A stretch of DNA of 64,000 nt from Spirochaetia bacterium UBA2205 (GTDB lineage Bacteria > Spirochaetota > UBA4802 > UB4802), in NCBI GenBank assembly GCA_002328585.1, contig DCUV01000032.1, positions 109,173 to 173,172 of the forward strand, given 5' to 3'. Each line of letters begins with the position of its first letter. The first letter of the stretch is position 1. Shown here in pieces: positions 62,598 through 64,000 of this stretch. The notes under the pieces are model-generated. The model was not told the DNA's origin, made no database searches, and saw only the letters and a program-made list of their open reading frames with translations. The position numbers were made by a program, and so were the translations under genes.

Positions 62598-63719
62598 ATG
62601 TCCTATGCTTTTGAATTAGGTCCCATTCGTCCGCCATCTGAGGCGTACAGCATATTAATCCGCATAACACGCAACTGCCCCTGGAATAAGTGTGCATTCT
62701 GTCATACCTATAAAGGACAACCCTTTTCCCGCAGAGCCATTGAAGATATACTCAACGATATTGATTCTATCCATACCATTGCACAGCGTATTGGTGAAGT
62801 TGCCGGCAACACAATCACACAGCAAACATTGCAAAAAGCAAAAGGAAATGATGATACACCGTTGTATTACTATGAGCAGGTTGCATTCTGGATGTCTTAT
62901 GGTTTTAAGTCGGTTTTTTTACAGGACGCAAATTCACTGGTGTTATCAACCAGGGATATGGCAACCATCCTTCAGCATATTACCAGCCGTTTTCCTGCTG
63001 TTGAACGCATTACTACCTACGCACGTGCCAGTACCATCAGCAAAAAGTCGCTTGAAGATTTAAAAGCCATACGACAGGCAGGATTATCCCGACTTCACAT
63101 CGGGATGGAATCAGGCTCTGACCCCGTGCTTCAACTGGTAAAAAAAGGAACTACACAGGCACAGCTCATAGATGCAGGACAAAAAGCCATGCAGGCAAAC
63201 TTTGATGTATCGTACTATTACATGCCCGGACTGGGTGGCAAAGAATATATGGAAGAAAATGCCATCCAGAGCGCGACAGTTATTAACACGGTTAATCCAA
63301 CATTTGTACGACTGCGCAGCACCGTTCCCATACCGGGAACTCCACTCTATGACATGATGCAAAAAGGTCAGTGGACACCTCTATCCGAGATTCAGAAGGT
63401 TCAGGAGATACGCACATTTATAGAGCATTGTAATGGAATCACCAGCACCTTAAAAAGCGATCACATAATGAATCTGCTTGAAGATGTTGAAGGGACATTC
63501 CCTCATGATAAAGCAACAATGCTCTCCAGGATTGATGAGTTCCTCTCAATGAAAAAAGAGGATCAGGATAAATTTATTATTGGTAGAAGAATTGGGATGT
63601 ATCGCTATCTATCCGATTACTATCCCAATTTTAAGATTGATCAGCTTTACTATGCCATAGTAAAAAACTATCAAAATGTTGATGCTGCAATGCTGGAGAT
63701 ACTCAAAGATTATGTATAG
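62598..63719 (+). CDS. Radical SAM-like enzyme with atypical CX4CX2C cluster motif (373 aa), function unknown
   Basis: ORF track; GPIRPPSEAYSILIRITRNCPWNKCAFC N-terminus; Gly-rich region HIGMESGSD consistent with a SAM-binding radical-SAM barrel. Confidence 0.65.
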   Translation: MSYAFELGPIRPPSEAYSILIRITRNCPWNKCAFCHTYKGQPFSRRAIEDILNDIDSIHTIAQRIGEVAGNTITQQTLQKAKGNDDTPLYYYEQVAFWMSYGFKSVFLQDANSLVLSTRDMATILQHITSRFPAVERITTYARASTISKKSLEDLKAIRQAGLSRLHIGMESGSDPVLQLVKKGTTQAQLIDAGQKAMQANFDVSYYYMPGLGGKEYMEENAIQSATVINTVNPTFVRLRSTVPIPGTPLYDMMQKGQWTPLSEIQKVQEIRTFIEHCNGITSTLKSDHIMNLLEDVEGTFPHDKATMLSRIDEFLSMKKEDQDKFIIGRRIGMYRYLSDYYPNFKIDQLYYAIVKNYQNVDAAMLEILKDYV

Positions 63720-63814
63720 TTCTTAGTATTCTGAGTCAAATTCATTCATTTCATTTGTTATAAAATGTTATAAAAGCAACAGAATCAAAAATTCTTCCTT
63801 TTGCATAATTAAAT

Positions 63815-64000
63815 TCAGGCATTGGTCAAATCCTTCAAATTATTTTCAATGATTTGTTTTTGCCAGGTAAGCCCAAATATACTAAAGTCCTCCATCTGAG
63901 CAATTGCTTTCATACGGACATCTACATAATAAGTAAAATCTTCAAAATAAACCGGGATGCCTTTCACAATTGCATTATAGTGTAGCATTGGTCTGGACAA
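63815..64000 (-). CDS. C-terminal fragment of an unidentified protein running off the window end
   Basis: ORF track only; the frame remains open to position 64000. Confidence 0.3.
   Translation of the reverse strand: MSRPMLHYNAIVKGIPVYFEDFTYYVDVRMKAIAQMEDFSIFGLTWQKQIIENNLKDLTNA

Noticed and set aside
1-64000. CRISPR arrays, IS elements, integrons, prophage genes, rRNA
   Set aside because: I found no regularly spaced direct repeats, transposase, integrase or phage-like ORFs anywhere in the ORF track or on visual scan. The only composition-anomalous segments are the R-M island and the acyltransferase gene.

Overview
This 64-kb window is chromosomal core sequence from a roughly 40% GC bacterium. 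Gene content is housekeeping, signalling and anaerobe-type metabolism; I cannot assign a lineage from sequence alone.

The first ~9.7 kb, all on the minus strand, is the conserved transcription/translation cluster: tRNA-Thr, rpmG, secE, nusG, rplK, rplA, rplJ, rplL, rpoB and the N-terminal ~840 aa of rpoC (truncated at the window start).

The rest of the window contains: hisG-hisI, ileS-lspA, xseA-xseB, pyruvate kinase, a phosphopantetheinyl transferase (PPTase) abutting tRNA-Val, MFS-cobO, acetyl-CoA synthetase, a stand-alone IMP-cyclohydrolase domain, a TetR/membrane/HD operon, two RNA methyltransferases, a DUF4139 protein, nhaC, pepF, a membrane PP2C phosphatase divergent from a REC-GAF-HD-GYP regulator, a rhomboid protease, paaK plus an ACT protein, rlpA, a GAF-GGDEF cyclase, dut-rnj-uppP, ftsK, a TPR lipoprotein, two radical-SAM enzymes and a MarR/thioesterase pair.

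No CRISPR array, transposase, integrase or rRNA gene is visible.

The strongest accessory signal is a sharply low-GC island at ~43.1-45.1 kb (about 25-30% GC against ~40% in the flanks). It carries a PvuII-like SPPY amino-methyltransferase gene that overlaps, and is probably translationally coupled to, an unrecognisable 357-aa ORF with a candidate PD-(D/E)xK nuclease motif. This is most likely a horizontally acquired Type II restriction-modification system with an uncharacterised nuclease. I found nothing I could call a clearly novel biological system; the island's 357-aa ORF is the best candidate for something undescribed.

Other points worth a second look:
- a DegT-family aminotransferase homolog whose Schiff-base lysine appears to be replaced by Met, sitting next to a QueD-like gene with no other queuosine genes in view;
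- a second low-GC gene (DUF1624-type membrane acyltransferase) with several A8/T8 tracts, preceded by a 494-bp AT-rich spacer containing a strong-SD mini-ORF;
- a radical-SAM enzyme with CX4CX2C cysteine spacing;
- an AmmeMemoRadiSam radical-SAM gene without its usual partner genes;
- a PPTase CDS that overlaps tRNA-Val antisense.

All calls rest on reading the sequence and the supplied ORF track against remembered family signatures. No database search was possible, so motif alignments are from memory and coordinates of short features are hand-counted.
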